Below are positions 9,162-22,880 of a stretch of DNA of 50,325 nucleotides, piece after piece; the stretch's first letter is position 1, and each line of letters starts with the position of its first letter. The notes under the pieces were generated by a model that saw only the letters and a list, made by a program, of their open reading frames with translations, did no database searches and was not told where the DNA came from. Where the stretch lies: NCBI GenBank assembly GCA_049802835.1, contig JBARNF010000618.1, forward strand, positions 1 through 50,325. The letters run 5' to 3'. Made by a program: the position numbers and the translations under genes. This DNA comes from Bradyrhizobium sp. Its GTDB lineage: Bacteria > Pseudomonadota > Alphaproteobacteria > Rhizobiales > Xanthobacteraceae.

Positions 9162-9286
9162 GATTGTAATGAACTCAGTCGGCGAACGCCGATATTTTGG
9201 ATTGGGCCATTATACGTTAGCGTGGCCTCGGACCCCGCTCAAGCGGTGCATTGTCCGGCCGCGAGGATCGGCGTAACGAGCCCCCC

Positions 9287-10144
9287 ATGACCCAGCCCGC
9301 CACCGCACCCGTCCTGTTCGATCGTAACTTGCTTGCGCTCAGGCAGCGCCGGGCTTTGCGTGCGCCGGAGACTTTCCTGTTCGAGCGAGTGGCCGAGGAC
9401 CTCGAGGACCGGCTCGCCGCGGTGAACCGATCCTTTGTCGACGCCGCCGATATCTGGACGCCGGGGGCGGGCTTGAAGCCGCATCTTGCGGGACTGGTCG
9501 GCCAGTTCGTGCATCTCGCGACGCCGGAAACCGCTGCTGAAGAGCTGCAGCTTGCGCCGCAATCGCTCGATCTCGCGCTCTCGGCGCTGGCGTTTCAGTT
9601 CGTCAACGACCTGCCCGGCCTGCTTGCGCAGCTTCGCCGTGCGCTACGCCCGGATGGTCTCTTGCTGGCGGCCATGATCGGCGGCGACACGCTGACCGAG
9701 CTCAGGCAATCTTTTGCTGCCGCCGAGGCCGAATGCGAGGGCGGCGTGTCGCCGCGCGTCGCGCCCTTCGCCGATCTGCGCGATGTCGGCGGCCTGCTGC
9801 AGCGAGCAGGATTTGCGCTGCCTGTCGTTGACGTCGACCGGGTCGTGGTGCGCTATGGCAACGCATTCGGACTGATGCAGGACCTCAGGCGCATGGGCGC
9901 TGCCAACAGCCTGGTCGAACGCCGCCGCACGCCGACCCGGCGCGCGACCTTGCTGCGCATGGCGGAGATCTATGCCGGGCGGTTTGCCGATGCCGACGGC
10001 CGCATCCGCGCCACCTTCGACATCATCTGGATGTCCGGCTGGGCGCCGCATGAGAGCCAGCAGAAGCCGCTGCAGCCGGGGTCTGCCAAGACGAGCCTGG
10101 AGGCGGCGGTGAAGAAAGTGCCGCGTGCCGGGAGCTGGGAATAG
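9287..10144 (+). CDS. SAM-dependent methyltransferase (BioC/NDUFAF5-like)
   Basis: LFDRNLL..R.RRA, VNDLPG, LRPDGLLLAAMIGGDTLTELR, GGVSPRVAPF, GWAPHESQQKPL.PGSA. Confidence 0.88.
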   Translation: MTQPATAPVLFDRNLLALRQRRALRAPETFLFERVAEDLEDRLAAVNRSFVDAADIWTPGAGLKPHLAGLVGQFVHLATPETAAEELQLAPQSLDLALSALAFQFVNDLPGLLAQLRRALRPDGLLLAAMIGGDTLTELRQSFAAAEAECEGGVSPRVAPFADLRDVGGLLQRAGFALPVVDVDRVVVRYGNAFGLMQDLRRMGAANSLVERRRTPTRRATLLRMAEIYAGRFADADGRIRATFDIIWMSGWAPHESQQKPLQPGSAKTSLEAAVKKVPRAGSWE

Positions 10145-10151
10145 CGTTACT

Positions 10152-10238
10152 CGTCATCGCCGGGCTAGACCCGGCGATCCATCGCTCTTGAAGAGCTTGA
10201 AAGCCTGATGGATGCGCGGGTCAAGCCCGCGCATGACG
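10152..10238. repeat. REP doublet (family C, CGTCAT-tagged, GGGCTWGACCC hairpins)
   Basis: cgtcatcgccgggctagacccggcgatccatc ... gatggatgcgcgggtcaagcccgcgcatgacg; inverted pair between convergent genes. Confidence 0.85.
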
Positions 10239-10263
10239 ACTGAAGGCGTGGCGCCACCCTGGG

Positions 10264-10677
10264 CTACATCAACAGATCAATGAGAGGCGGCAGCAGCGGG
10301 ATGTCGGCCGGCGGCATCGGGTAGTCGCGCAGTTTGTTGGGCCGCACCCAGGCGAGTTGTTGGCCCTCGCGCGCGCTGACCTGGCCTTCCCAGCGCCGGC
10401 AGATGTAGAGCGGCATCAACAGGTGGAAGGTCTCGTAGGCGTGGCTCGCGAAGGTCAGCGGCGCGAGGCAGGCCTCGCGCACGGTGATGCCGAGCTCCTC
10501 GTCGAGCTCGCGGATCAGGCTGGCCTCGGGCCGCTCGCCTGGCTCGAGCTTGCCGCCGGGAAACTCCCAGAGGCCTGCGAGCGACTTGCCGGGCGGGCGC
10601 TGCGCCAGCAGCACGCGATTGTCGGTGTCGACCAGCGCGCAGGCGACCACGAGAGTGAGTTTCAGGTCAGGCATCAT
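10264..10677 (-). CDS. mutT: 8-oxo-dGTP diphosphatase (Nudix)
   Basis: WEFPGGKLEPGERPEASLIRELDEELGI Nudix box; YPMPPADIPL; next to argJ/secA. Confidence 0.88.
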   Translation of the reverse strand: MMPDLKLTLVVACALVDTDNRVLLAQRPPGKSLAGLWEFPGGKLEPGERPEASLIRELDEELGITVREACLAPLTFASHAYETFHLLMPLYICRRWEGQVSAREGQQLAWVRPNKLRDYPMPPADIPLLPPLIDLLM

Positions 10678-10784
10678 CCGGTTGGTTCGAAAGGTCGGCG
10701 GCGCGCGTCCGTCTGAACAAGCCGAGTGCGCCTCTTGAGGGAATTTTAACCTAGGCTGTTTCGAGCCCTGTTTCCACGAGTGAA

Positions 10785-10799
10785 ATAAGCCAACCTTAA
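10785..10799 (+). promoter_or_regulatory. Possible CtrA box upstream of the TadG-like gene
   Basis: ATAA-gccaacc-TTAA, one mismatch to TTAA-N7-TTAA. Confidence 0.4.
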
Positions 10800-10863
10800 T
10801 CGGTTCACGCGTATTTTCACGGGCGAACGCCGTAACCTCCTCATGGTTCGTTAGGCATACTTC

Positions 10864-12204
10864 ATGCGAATTTTATCTATTCTGCTTGCCGATCTGCTGG
10901 CTCGCCTGCGCCGCGACATCGGTGGCAACGTCGCCGTGACGTTCGCCATCGTCTGCGTGCCGGTGATCTCTGCGGTCGGCTGCGGCGTCGACTACAGCCG
11001 CGCCAACCAGATGCGCGCCAAGCTGCAGTCGGCGGTGGACGCCGCGTCGGTCGGCGCCGTGTCGAGGACAGCGCCGGCCTTCATCGCGGCGGGCGCGATG
11101 ACCGCGGACGGCGTCATCGACGCCGGCAACGACGATGCCAAGAAGATCTTCAACGGCAACATGTCCGGTACGAGCGGCTATACGCTCAACAGCCTGACGT
11201 CCGACGTGAAGAAGAGCGGCTCGGTGCTGAAGGCCACGGTCTCGTTCTCGGCGACCGTGCCGACGATGTTCATGAACATCGTCGGGTTCAAGACCCTGAC
11301 CCTGCAGGGCTCGTCGCAGGCGACGGCTTCGATGCCGAAATATATCGACTTCTACCTGCTGCTCGACAATTCTCCGTCGATGGGCGTTGCGGCGACCCCG
11401 GACGACGTGACCAAGATGGTCAATGCGACCACCGACAAATGCGCCTTCGCCTGCCACGACTACAACGATTCGAACAACTACTACAATCTCGCCAAGACGC
11501 TCGGAGTGACCACGCGGATCGACGTGCTGCGCAGCGCCACCCAGAAGCTGATGGATACGGCGACGCAGACCCAGACCTATCCGAACCAGTTCCGCATGGC
11601 GATCTACGATTTCGGTGCGGCGTCCAAGACGATCGGCCTGCGGGCGCTGTTCTCGCTGTCGTCGAGTCTCTCCAGCGCCAAGAGCGCCGCCGGGAATATC
11701 GACCTGATGGGCGTCTACGGCAACAATGACGCCTACACGGCCGACAAGGACACGCCGTTCACCGCGGTGTTCCCGGCCGTCAACAACGAGATCTCGACCC
11801 CGGGCGACGGCACCACGGGCTCGCCCTTGAAATATCTGTTCTTCGTCTCGGACGGCGTCGCCGACGAAAGCAATGCCGCGTGTCTCAAGCCCAAGGCCAG
11901 CGGCAATCGCTGCCAGTCGCCGATCGATCCCGCGCTGTGCACCACCTTGAAGAACCGCGGCATCAAGATCGCCGTGCTCTACACGACCTATCTGCAACTG
12001 CCGACCAACAGCTGGTACATGAGCTGGATCGATCCCTTCAACAAGGGTCCGTTCGGTCCGTCGCCGAACAGCGAGATCGCGCAGAAGATGCAGGCTTGCG
12101 CGTCGGACGGGTTCTATTTCGAGGTCTCGCCGACCCAGGGCATCGCCGACGCCATGAACGCACTGTTCAAGAAGGCGGTCGCCGATGCACGCATCGCGAG
12201 TTGA
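10864..12204 (+). CDS. TadE/TadG-like Flp pilus assembly protein with vWA-like domain
   Basis: Pilin-like N-terminus GNVAVTFAIVCVPVISAVGCGVDYSRA...LQSAVDAA; LLLDNSPSM MIDAS-like motif; FVSDGV. Confidence 0.85.
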   Translation: MRILSILLADLLARLRRDIGGNVAVTFAIVCVPVISAVGCGVDYSRANQMRAKLQSAVDAASVGAVSRTAPAFIAAGAMTADGVIDAGNDDAKKIFNGNMSGTSGYTLNSLTSDVKKSGSVLKATVSFSATVPTMFMNIVGFKTLTLQGSSQATASMPKYIDFYLLLDNSPSMGVAATPDDVTKMVNATTDKCAFACHDYNDSNNYYNLAKTLGVTTRIDVLRSATQKLMDTATQTQTYPNQFRMAIYDFGAASKTIGLRALFSLSSSLSSAKSAAGNIDLMGVYGNNDAYTADKDTPFTAVFPAVNNEISTPGDGTTGSPLKYLFFVSDGVADESNAACLKPKASGNRCQSPIDPALCTTLKNRGIKIAVLYTTYLQLPTNSWYMSWIDPFNKGPFGPSPNSEIAQKMQACASDGFYFEVSPTQGIADAMNALFKKAVADARIAS

Positions 12205-12274
12205 GCGCAACCATTGTCCCGGGACGGCGGAACGGCGCCGAACCCCGGGATCTCGATCCTGAGTGCGGGAACGA

Positions 12275-13516
12275 TCAGGACCTGTAGTCGCCATTGATCG
12301 CGACATATTCCTTGGTCAGGTCGCAGGTCAGCACGCGGTCTCGGCCCTTGCCGAGGCCGAGCGCGACCTTGATCTGCACCTTCTGCGCCTTCATGGCCTC
12401 CGAGACTTCGGCCTCGTCATAGGCGGGATCGCGCGCGCCCTTGGAGGCGACGCGGATGCCGTTGAAGGAGATCGACAGCTTGTCGCGGTCGGCCGGCTCG
12501 CCGGCCTTGCCGACCGCCATGACGACGCGGCCCCAATTGGCGTCCTCGCCGGCGATCGCGGTCTTCACCAGGGGCGAGTTGGCGATCGACATCGCGATTT
12601 TGCGCGCGGACGGCTTGCTCTTGGCGCCCTCGACGATGATCTCGACCAGCTTGCGGGCGCCTTCGCCGTCGCGCGCGACCTGCTCGGCGAGATTGGCCAG
12701 CACGGCATTGAAGGCCTTCACGAACGCTTTCGCGCGTGGATCGCTGGCGCGGCTGATTTTCGGTGCGCCCTTGGCCGCGGCGGCGCCGGTGGCAAAGGCG
12801 AGCAGCGTGTCCGAGGTCGAGGTGTCGCCGTCGATCGTCACCGCGTTGAACGTGTCCTCGACGCCGGCCTTGAGCAGGGCCTGCAGCGCGGGCGCCGAGA
12901 TCGGCGCATCGGTGAACACGAAGGACAGCATCGTCGCCATGTCCGGCGCGATCATCCCTGCGCCCTTGGCCATGCCGTTGATCGTCACCTTGGCCTTGCC
13001 GAGCTTGACGGTGGCGGTCGCCACCTTCGGAAAGGTGTCGGTGGTCATGATGGCGCGCGCCGCGCCCATCCAGTCCTCAGGGGTGGCGGTGCCGGCAAGG
13101 CCCTCCAGCACGCCGTCGAACTTGGTGGCATCGAGCGGCTCGCCGATCACGCCGGTCGAGGCGAGGTAGATCTCGTCCTGCTTGCAGCCGACCGCCTTGG
13201 CGGCGATCGCAGCGGTCAACGCGGTCGACTGCTTGCCGGTCTTGCCGGTGAAGGCATTGGCGTTGCCGGAATTGACCACCAGCGCGCGGGCCTTGCCGCC
13301 CTTCAGCTTGGCGCGGCACCATTCGACCGGCGCCGACGGGCATTTCGACTGTGTGAACACGCCGGCGACGGTGGTGCCGGGGTCGAGCAGCGCCAGCAGC
13401 ACGTCGGTGCGGTTCTTGTAGCGGATGCCGGCCGCCGCGGTCGCGAGCTTGACGCCGGCGAGCGCCGGCATGTCGGGGACGTCGGTCGGGGCGAGCGGGG
13501 AAACGGCTGAGGACAT
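12275..13516 (-). CDS. argJ: Glutamate N-acetyltransferase / ornithine acetyltransferase
   Basis: [50 protein letters not shown]. Confidence 0.97.
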   Translation of the reverse strand: MSSAVSPLAPTDVPDMPALAGVKLATAAAGIRYKNRTDVLLALLDPGTTVAGVFTQSKCPSAPVEWCRAKLKGGKARALVVNSGNANAFTGKTGKQSTALTAAIAAKAVGCKQDEIYLASTGVIGEPLDATKFDGVLEGLAGTATPEDWMGAARAIMTTDTFPKVATATVKLGKAKVTINGMAKGAGMIAPDMATMLSFVFTDAPISAPALQALLKAGVEDTFNAVTIDGDTSTSDTLLAFATGAAAAKGAPKISRASDPRAKAFVKAFNAVLANLAEQVARDGEGARKLVEIIVEGAKSKPSARKIAMSIANSPLVKTAIAGEDANWGRVVMAVGKAGEPADRDKLSISFNGIRVASKGARDPAYDEAEVSEAMKAQKVQIKVALGLGKGRDRVLTCDLTKEYVAINGDYRS

Positions 13517-13602
13517 CGAGGGCTTCCGGCAGAGATGAGCGGGAAGCGCTCTGTATCACCTCGGTCGGCGTTGTGGGAGTGGATGTCTCCACACCCACCG
13601 CT

Positions 13603-13721
13603 GTCGTCCCGGCGAACGCCGGGATCCATAACCACAGGGTTTAGTCGGGGCACCTGGTACTAGCCGCGTGCCTGTTTCGCACACCACGCGGTATGGGTCC
13701 CGGCGCGGAGGCCGGGACGAC
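13603..13721. repeat. REP doublet (family A)
   Basis: gtcgtcccggcgaacgccgggatccata 13603-13630; tatgggtcccggcgcggaggccgggacgac 13692-13721. Confidence 0.9.
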
Positions 13722-13782
13722 ACCTTTTGTGACGCGGCTGTGATGGCTCTTACGCGACGACGTCGCGTTCGAGCGCTGCCGC

Positions 13783-14697
13783 TTACTTCTTCGCCGGCTC
13801 GGCCGGCTTCGCGTCTGCCGGCTTCGCGTCTGCCGGCTTGGCGGCGTCGGCGGCCGGCTTGTCCAGGCGCTCGATCTTGGCGGCCTCGCGCAGCTTGCCG
13901 ACGTAATCGGCCTGAGCCTTGCGGGTCACGTAGGTTTCGATCTGGCTCTTGACCTGATCGAACTCCGGCGGCTTGCGGTTGCGCTTCTCCTCGACCTTGA
14001 TGACGTGCCAGCCGAACTGGGTCTTCACGGGATCGGAGATCTTGCCCGGCTCCATGCCGAAGGCGACGTTGGCGAATTCCGGCACCATCTGCTCCTTGGT
14101 GAAGAAGCCGAGGTCGCCGCCATCGGAGGCGCCGGGGTCCTTGGACTTCTTCTTCGCCAGCTCGGCGAAATCGGCGCCCTTGGCGAGCTCCGCCTTGACG
14201 GCCTTGGCCTCGTCCTCGGTCTCGACCAGGATGTGGCGGGCGTGCACTTCCTGCTCGCCGCCGATCTGCTTGGAGGCCTCCTCATAGACCTTCTTCATCG
14301 CGTCCGGGGTGGTGGCGGCCTTGCCCTCGCTGGCGAGCAGGCTGTCCATCAGGAGCCGGTTGCGGGTGAAGCCGAGGCGCTTCTTGAAGTCCTCGCTGTC
14401 GCCGACCTTCTTGTCCTCGGCCGCCTTGGCGACGAGCTTCATGTCGATCAGGAACGACAGCACGTTCTCGTCCTTGGTCGCCGGGTCCATCTGGGCGAGG
14501 CTCGGTCCGAGCTCCTCCTCGGCCAGCGCCACGTCGCTCTTGCGGATCTCGGCACCGTTCACCTTGGCCAGCACCGGGTTGGCGTCCTCGGCTGCGCGGG
14601 CGGGCAGGACGAGCAGGGACAACGCGAGACTGCCGGCGAGTGCGGTGGCAAAGCCGAAGCGCAGGCCGGTTTTCGTAACCGGGAACGACGTGGTCAT
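13783..14697 (-). CDS. Parvulin-type peptidyl-prolyl isomerase (PrsA/PpiC-like), exported
   Basis: Signal peptide; VHARHILV, FAELAKKKSKD, GGDLGFF, PVKTQFGWHVIKVE. Confidence 0.92.
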   Translation of the reverse strand: MTTSFPVTKTGLRFGFATALAGSLALSLLVLPARAAEDANPVLAKVNGAEIRKSDVALAEEELGPSLAQMDPATKDENVLSFLIDMKLVAKAAEDKKVGDSEDFKKRLGFTRNRLLMDSLLASEGKAATTPDAMKKVYEEASKQIGGEQEVHARHILVETEDEAKAVKAELAKGADFAELAKKKSKDPGASDGGDLGFFTKEQMVPEFANVAFGMEPGKISDPVKTQFGWHVIKVEEKRNRKPPEFDQVKSQIETYVTRKAQADYVGKLREAAKIERLDKPAADAAKPADAKPADAKPAEPAKK

Positions 14698-15086
14698 GGA
14701 AAATCCTTGTTTAGAAGGGGCTCGAAGGGAGAGGCCTCAGGGCGGCCGGGACACTCGCCCAATCGCCGTGCCTTGGCAACGCGAAAAGTCTGTCAATTTC
14801 GTGAAATCGGCGACAGATTCGAAGCAGCGGCCCGGGCGTCGGGCGCCGTTGACAACGTTCCACCCCAGCCATATCTCTGCCCGATCGCTTCAAGGGCGAT
14901 AGCGCTTATTTTGCTGCGTTTTTGGCCGTTGAACCTTGGTTTACTCGTCTCCCACTCATCTGGCGGACGCCGCCCGGCGCCGAAGTTCGAGCCAGGCGCG
15001 GGTGCTGCGGTGCATCACGTCGGGAACAGCAAACCCAAAGCACGAGTTACGGCTGCAACGCAGACCCATAGAAGTAGGATTTCAGT

Positions 15087-17939
<2,853 letters not shown>

Positions 17940-17964
17940 CCGCGGGCTGCGGCAGTCTCTCCAT

Positions 17965-18039
17965 CGTCATTGCGAGCGCAGCGAAGCAATCCAGAGTCCC
18001 GCGAAGACTCGGGATCGCTTCGCTGCGCTCGCGATGACG
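17965..18039. repeat. REP doublet (family B, CGTCATTGCGAG...GCAATCC)
   Basis: cgtcattgcgagcgcagcgaagcaatcc ... ggatcgcttcgctgcgctcgcgatgacg, near-perfect inverted pair just after the secA stop. Confidence 0.88.
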
Positions 18040-18072
18040 GTGTTTGGCCGAGATGCGCGCCAAATCACCAGT

Positions 18073-18225
18073 GTCATCCCGGCGAACGCCGGGATCCATA
18101 ACCACAGGACGATGTGCCGAGGCACGCTGATAGCTCCAGCGTGTCACTTCACATCCGCCGCGGAGTATGGGTCCCGGGTCGGCGCCCAGCGACGCTGGCG
18201 CGTCGCAGGGCTTGCCCGGGACGAC
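18073..18225. repeat. REP doublet (family A)
   Basis: gtcatcccggcgaacgccgggatccata 18073-18100; tatgggtcccggg...cccgggacgac 18166-18225 with extended hairpin as at 4377-4435. Confidence 0.9.
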
Positions 18226-18244
18226 AGCTATTTGCTGGATTGAA

Positions 18245-19543
18245 TCAGGCGGCCTTCACCGCCTCGACCATCGCCCCCTCGGCGATCGTCCGCGGCGCGG
18301 TGTTGAGCTGCTCGATGGCAAATCCCGCCGCTTTCTTGTAGCCGGCCATGAACGCATCGCGCTCGGCCGGCGGGATCACCTCGTCGATATCGGTGAAGGT
18401 GCCGCCGCAGCGGGCGTCGACCATGTTGAGCAGGCCGAACGGGCCGGCGCCGCGGTTGCGCAGGATGACCTGCGAGATCGGGCCGCACAGCTTGTCGTCA
18501 TAGGCCGCGAGCGCCGCCGGCGTCACGCCGTGCGTCAGCATCGACGCGCCGAGCACGCGGGCGTCGACGATGGCCTGGCTGGCGCCGTTGGAGCCGGTCG
18601 GATACATCGCATGCGCGGCGTCGCCCATCAGCGCCACCGGGCCGTCGACCCAGGTCGGCACCGGATCGCGGTCGATCATCGGGTTCTCATAGGCGCCGTC
18701 GGCGCCGGCGATCAGCGCGGGCACGTCGAGCCAGTCATAGGTCCAACCCGCGAAGTGATGGGCAAACTCATTCACCGGCACCTGACGGAACCAGCCGGTC
18801 TGCTTCCAGCCCTCGGTATTGTCCATCGTGACCTCGGCGATCCAGTTGATCAGCGCCAGCCCCGTGTTCGGGTCGGGATGCGAGATCGGGTAGACCACGA
18901 CCCGGTGACGATGGGTGCCGAGCCCGACGAAGGACGATCCGGTGCGCATCGGCTTCGCCCAGGTCACACCGCGCCACATCACGGCGCCACCCCAATGGAT
19001 CGGCGGCTGCGTTGGATGCATCTGCGCCCGCACCGCCGAGTGGATGCCGTCGGCGCCGATCAACAGCCGCCCGCGCTGCTCGATGCGCGATCCGTCGGCG
19101 TGCTCGATGCGGGCCGTGACCGAGCCATCGGCATTCTTCTCATAGCCCGTGACGCGGCTGCCGAGCCGCACGGTCTCGGCGCCGGCGCGCGCCACCAGCC
19201 GGCTGTGCAGCAGCATGTGCAGCTTGCCGCGATGCACGGCGTATTGCGGCCAGTCATAGCCGGCGAGCAGGCCGCGCGGCTCGGAATAGATGTCGTTGCC
19301 GTTCAGCCCGACCAGCGCCCATTCGCGGGCCGGCACGCCGACCTGGTCGAGATCACCGGCTGCTATGCCGAGGTCATAGAGCTCGCGCACCGCGTTGGGC
19401 TGCAGGTTGATGCCGACCCCGAGCGGCCGCATCTCGCGCACCGATTCATAGACGACGCAGGGTACGCCGATCTGCTGCAAGGTGAGCGCAGTCGCGAGGC
19501 CGCCAATGCCGCCGCCGGCTATGATTACGGGAAGGTCGGTCAT
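18245..19543 (-). CDS. FAD-dependent monooxygenase (aromatic hydroxylase family)
   Basis: IIAGGGIGGL, GADGIHSAVR, MGDAAHAMYPTGSNGASQAIVDA; start 19543 or 19549. Confidence 0.9.
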   Translation of the reverse strand: MTDLPVIIAGGGIGGLATALTLQQIGVPCVVYESVREMRPLGVGINLQPNAVRELYDLGIAAGDLDQVGVPAREWALVGLNGNDIYSEPRGLLAGYDWPQYAVHRGKLHMLLHSRLVARAGAETVRLGSRVTGYEKNADGSVTARIEHADGSRIEQRGRLLIGADGIHSAVRAQMHPTQPPIHWGGAVMWRGVTWAKPMRTGSSFVGLGTHRHRVVVYPISHPDPNTGLALINWIAEVTMDNTEGWKQTGWFRQVPVNEFAHHFAGWTYDWLDVPALIAGADGAYENPMIDRDPVPTWVDGPVALMGDAAHAMYPTGSNGASQAIVDARVLGASMLTHGVTPAALAAYDDKLCGPISQVILRNRGAGPFGLLNMVDARCGGTFTDIDEVIPPAERDAFMAGYKKAAGFAIEQLNTAPRTIAEGAMVEAVKAA

Positions 19544-19756
19544 GGGCATGGTCCGTCGCGCGTGAACTCGGAAGCAGAACTCGAAAGGATGAGCCAAAAG
19601 GGATGCAGGCACGACGCTGCAGCGCGTGCGGATCGCCTCCCCTCGATCCATCCATGGCCAGCGTTATCCGCTGGTCTGATGGCAAAAGGCCTAGTTCAGA
19701 AGGCCAGCGGAGACAAGGGGAATGGGCATTCCGCCCTCCTATGGTAGGCTGGTGCC

Positions 19757-20734
19757 ATGCACCGTCCGACCCTCTCGCTCTGCACGGCTCTGCTGCTTGG
19801 GCTCGCGAGCCCAGCCATGGCCTTCGACATCGAAGCCCATCGCGGCGGGCGCGGCCTGTTTCCGGAGAACACGCTGCAGGCTTTTGCTGCCGCGCTTGAT
19901 CTCCATGTCGATACGCTCGAGCTCGACGTCGGCGTGACCCGTGACGGCGTGCTCGTGGTCTCGCATGAGCGGCGGCTCAATCCCGACCTCGCCCGTGACG
20001 CCGCAGGCAATTACGTCGCGCCCCCCGGACCCCCGCTCATCGAACTGCCGCTCGCCGAGGTGCAGTCCTACGATGTGGGGCAGATCCGCCCCGGCAGCGA
20101 CTACGCGAAGCAGTTTCCCGACCAGCGGATCCTGTCCGGCGCCGATTTCCCACCGCCGCACATTCCGACCCTGAAACAGGTCATCGACCTCGTGCGGCGC
20201 TCAGGAGGCCGTCACGTGCGTCTCAACATCGAGACCAAGCTCGATCCCGCGTTGCCCGCCGAAGCGCCGGACCCGGAGCGGTTCGTGACCCTGCTGCTCG
20301 GCCTCGTCGAGGCCGAGCACTTCGTCGATCGCGTCATGATCCAGTCGTTCGACTGGCGGACCCTGCAGATCGTGCAGCAACGCGCGCCCGGGATTCCGAC
20401 CGTCTATTTGTCCCTGCAACGCGGCAAGGCGCCGACGGTGTCATTGACCGAGGCGACGCGCTGGACCGCCGGCTTCAATCCCGCCGATCACGGCGGCTCG
20501 CTGCCGCGCACGATTCACGCCGCCGCCGGCAAGGTGTGGTCGCCCTATTTCGCCGACGTCACGCCGGAGCTGATCGGCGAGGCGCATGCGCTCGGGCTGA
20601 GCGTCGTGGTCTGGACCGTCAACAAGCCGGAGGACATGGCGCGGCTGATCGATGACGGTGTCGATGGGATCATTTCTGATCGGCCGGATCTGTTGCACAA
20701 GGTTGCTGCCGACAAAGGATTGGCAAGGCCTTGA
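19757..20734 (+). CDS. Glycerophosphodiester phosphodiesterase, exported
   Basis: Signal peptide; AHRGGRGLFPENTL, ELDV..TRDG.LVVSH, NIETK, QSFD, VWTVN, DGIISDRPD. Confidence 0.92.
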   Translation: MHRPTLSLCTALLLGLASPAMAFDIEAHRGGRGLFPENTLQAFAAALDLHVDTLELDVGVTRDGVLVVSHERRLNPDLARDAAGNYVAPPGPPLIELPLAEVQSYDVGQIRPGSDYAKQFPDQRILSGADFPPPHIPTLKQVIDLVRRSGGRHVRLNIETKLDPALPAEAPDPERFVTLLLGLVEAEHFVDRVMIQSFDWRTLQIVQQRAPGIPTVYLSLQRGKAPTVSLTEATRWTAGFNPADHGGSLPRTIHAAAGKVWSPYFADVTPELIGEAHALGLSVVVWTVNKPEDMARLIDDGVDGIISDRPDLLHKVAADKGLARP

Positions 20735-20801
20735 GGGGGCTGCGGCTGCAACCGCCGTGGCCGATCAGGCCAGCGAAGTAATAGCAGCGCCCTCCTCGCA
20801 C

Positions 20802-20955
20802 CGTCATTCCGGGGCAAGTCCGCAGCGCAGATCGCGAAGCGATTTGGGCTGCGGACTTGAACCCGGAATCTCGACGTGGGGAACGCGCGCAAGACAACCT
20901 CGGGATTCCGGGTTCGCAGCGACCTCGAAGGAGGTCGCTACGCCCCGGAATGACG
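20802..20955. repeat. REP doublet (family D, CGTCATTCCGGG...CCCGGAATCTC) with long inserted hairpins
   Basis: cgtcattccgggg...cccggaatctcg ... cgggattccggg...ccccggaatgacg between convergent genes. Confidence 0.85.
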
Positions 20956-20975
20956 GATTTGTTGCCTACCTTCTC

Positions 20976-22880
20976 TCACTCCTGCACCACCTCATGCCGA
21001 ATCACGAACGGCGCCAGCAGTGTGTGCACCTCGGTCTCGATCGCCTCGCGCGTCTCCGCCGGTACGTTGCGCAAGGTCACCGTGGCGATGCTGCCGTGGC
21101 TGCCGTGCGCGCCGACCTTGACGCTGCAGTCGATGCCGCGATCGGTGAGCTGCTTCAGCACGCCCGCGAACACCCGCGTCGCGGCGTCCCAGCGCAATTG
21201 GGGCTTGAACACCTTGCCGACGCCGGTCACCGGCATCGGATCGATCGGGATGATCTGCACTGGCACCGCGGCGCGCTCGGGCGTGCGGGCGCGCACCCAG
21301 TCTTCCAGCTCGCCCGGCTGCACGGCCGCACCCGGCTTGAGCTGCACGTAGCCGATCGGCAGCTCGCCGGCATAGGCGTCGGGCTGGCCGACCACGGCGG
21401 CGAAGCCCACCGACGGATGCTGGAACAGGATCTCCTCGATCGGCGCCGGATCGATGTTGTGGCCGCCACGGATCACAAGGTCCTTGGCGCGGCCGGTGAT
21501 CCACAGGAAGCCGTCCGGATCGAGCCGGCCGAGATCGCCGGAGTTGACCCAATGGCCGTCGACGAAGGCGCCCTTGTTGTGGGCGTCGTCGAGATAGCCT
21601 GCGAACACGCCGGGCCCGGCCATGATGACGACGCCGATCTCATCAGTCGCGCAGTCGCGCTCGTAAGCCCCGTCGGCATCGAGCTTGACGATGCGCACCT
21701 GCGAATAGGGCAGCGGCAGCCCGACCGACCCGAGCCGGATCGGCTGGTCGGGAAAGGCCATGGTGTGCACGCTCGCGGTCTCGGTCATGCCGTAGACCTC
21801 GATCACCGGCAGCTTCAGCTTGTCCATGATTGCCTGGCCCACCGCGACCGGAATGGCCGAGCCGCCGCCCGCCGCATAGCGCAGGCTGGAGATGTCGGTG
21901 TTGCCCCGGGGCACGCCGAGCGTCGCGGCGAGCACTGTCGGCACGCTCGACAGCGTCTCCGGCTTGAAGCGTTCGACCAGGCCCCAGATGTTGCGCACCG
22001 CATTCGGATTGCGCCAGCCGGCGCCCGACAGCACCACGAGGCTGCCGCCGGCGGACAGGGTCTGCAGCGCCTGCGTCAGCGATCCCCCGACATGGAACAG
22101 CGGCATGCCGAACAGCAGCGCGCCGCCGGGCTTGGCTTTCAGGATCAGGTTGACGCCCCAGGCCTGGTAGACCTGGTTGCCATGGCTGTGACGCACCAGC
22201 TTCGGCGTGCCGGTGGTGCCGCCGGTGTGGAAATAGGCGGCGGTGTCGCCGGCCTTGATCTTGCGGCCGCTGACGAGGTGATCGCTCGGCTGCGGCTTGA
22301 TCAGATCGTTGAAGGCGTAGATGCCATCAGCGGGATCGCCGCCGCCATGCACCTGCACGATCGCCTTGAGGTGTTTGCAGCTGCCGCGCACCTTCTCGAC
22401 CTTCTGCCAGATGTCGGTGCCGGGCATTGGCCCGAGCGCGACCAGCACCTTGGTCTTGGCAGCATCGAGAATCTCGGCAATCTGGTGCGGCTCCAGCAGC
22501 GGATTGACCGGGTTGGCGATGCCTGCGGCCTCGGCGCCGAACAGCGTGACGAAGGCGTCGGGCACCAACGGCAGCATGAAGCTGACGACGTCGTCCGGCC
22601 CCACTCCGAGCGCGTGAAACATGTTGGCGGCCTGCGTCACCCTGGCGACCAAGTCGCGGTAGGAGATCACGACCGGCGTGTCGGTGGGGTCGGCGTTGGG
22701 GAGAAACTGGATCGCCGGCGCGTCCGGATTGGCCGAGGCGCCGCGCTTGAGCGCGTCATAGGTGCTCTCGGCGGCGATCCGTTCGCTGTACGGCGTCTGC
22801 TCAAACGCACGGATATCAGCCGTGCTGGCGAATGTCGGATAGTCGCTGCCGATGGCGCGATCGAGCAGGTGAATGCCCAT
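20976..22880 (-). CDS. Acyl-CoA synthetase (AMP-binding family)
   Basis: FHTGGTTGTPK, YGMTE, SGDLG, GRAKDLVIRGGHNI, VGKVFK. Confidence 0.93.
   Translation of the reverse strand: MGIHLLDRAIGSDYPTFASTADIRAFEQTPYSERIAAESTYDALKRGASANPDAPAIQFLPNADPTDTPVVISYRDLVARVTQAANMFHALGVGPDDVVSFMLPLVPDAFVTLFGAEAAGIANPVNPLLEPHQIAEILDAAKTKVLVALGPMPGTDIWQKVEKVRGSCKHLKAIVQVHGGGDPADGIYAFNDLIKPQPSDHLVSGRKIKAGDTAAYFHTGGTTGTPKLVRHSHGNQVYQAWGVNLILKAKPGGALLFGMPLFHVGGSLTQALQTLSAGGSLVVLSGAGWRNPNAVRNIWGLVERFKPETLSSVPTVLAATLGVPRGNTDISSLRYAAGGGSAIPVAVGQAIMDKLKLPVIEVYGMTETASVHTMAFPDQPIRLGSVGLPLPYSQVRIVKLDADGAYERDCATDEIGVVIMAGPGVFAGYLDDAHNKGAFVDGHWVNSGDLGRLDPDGFLWITGRAKDLVIRGGHNIDPAPIEEILFQHPSVGFAAVVGQPDAYAGELPIGYVQLKPGAAVQPGELEDWVRARTPERAAVPVQIIPIDPMPVTGVGKVFKPQLRWDAATRVFAGVLKQLTDRGIDCSVKVGAHGSHGSIATVTLRNVPAETREAIETEVHTLLAPFVIRHEVVQE

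Noticed and set aside
14849..14876. TTGACA...CATATC promoter for secA
   Set aside because: Spacing is short (15 bp) and cannot be validated from sequence alone.
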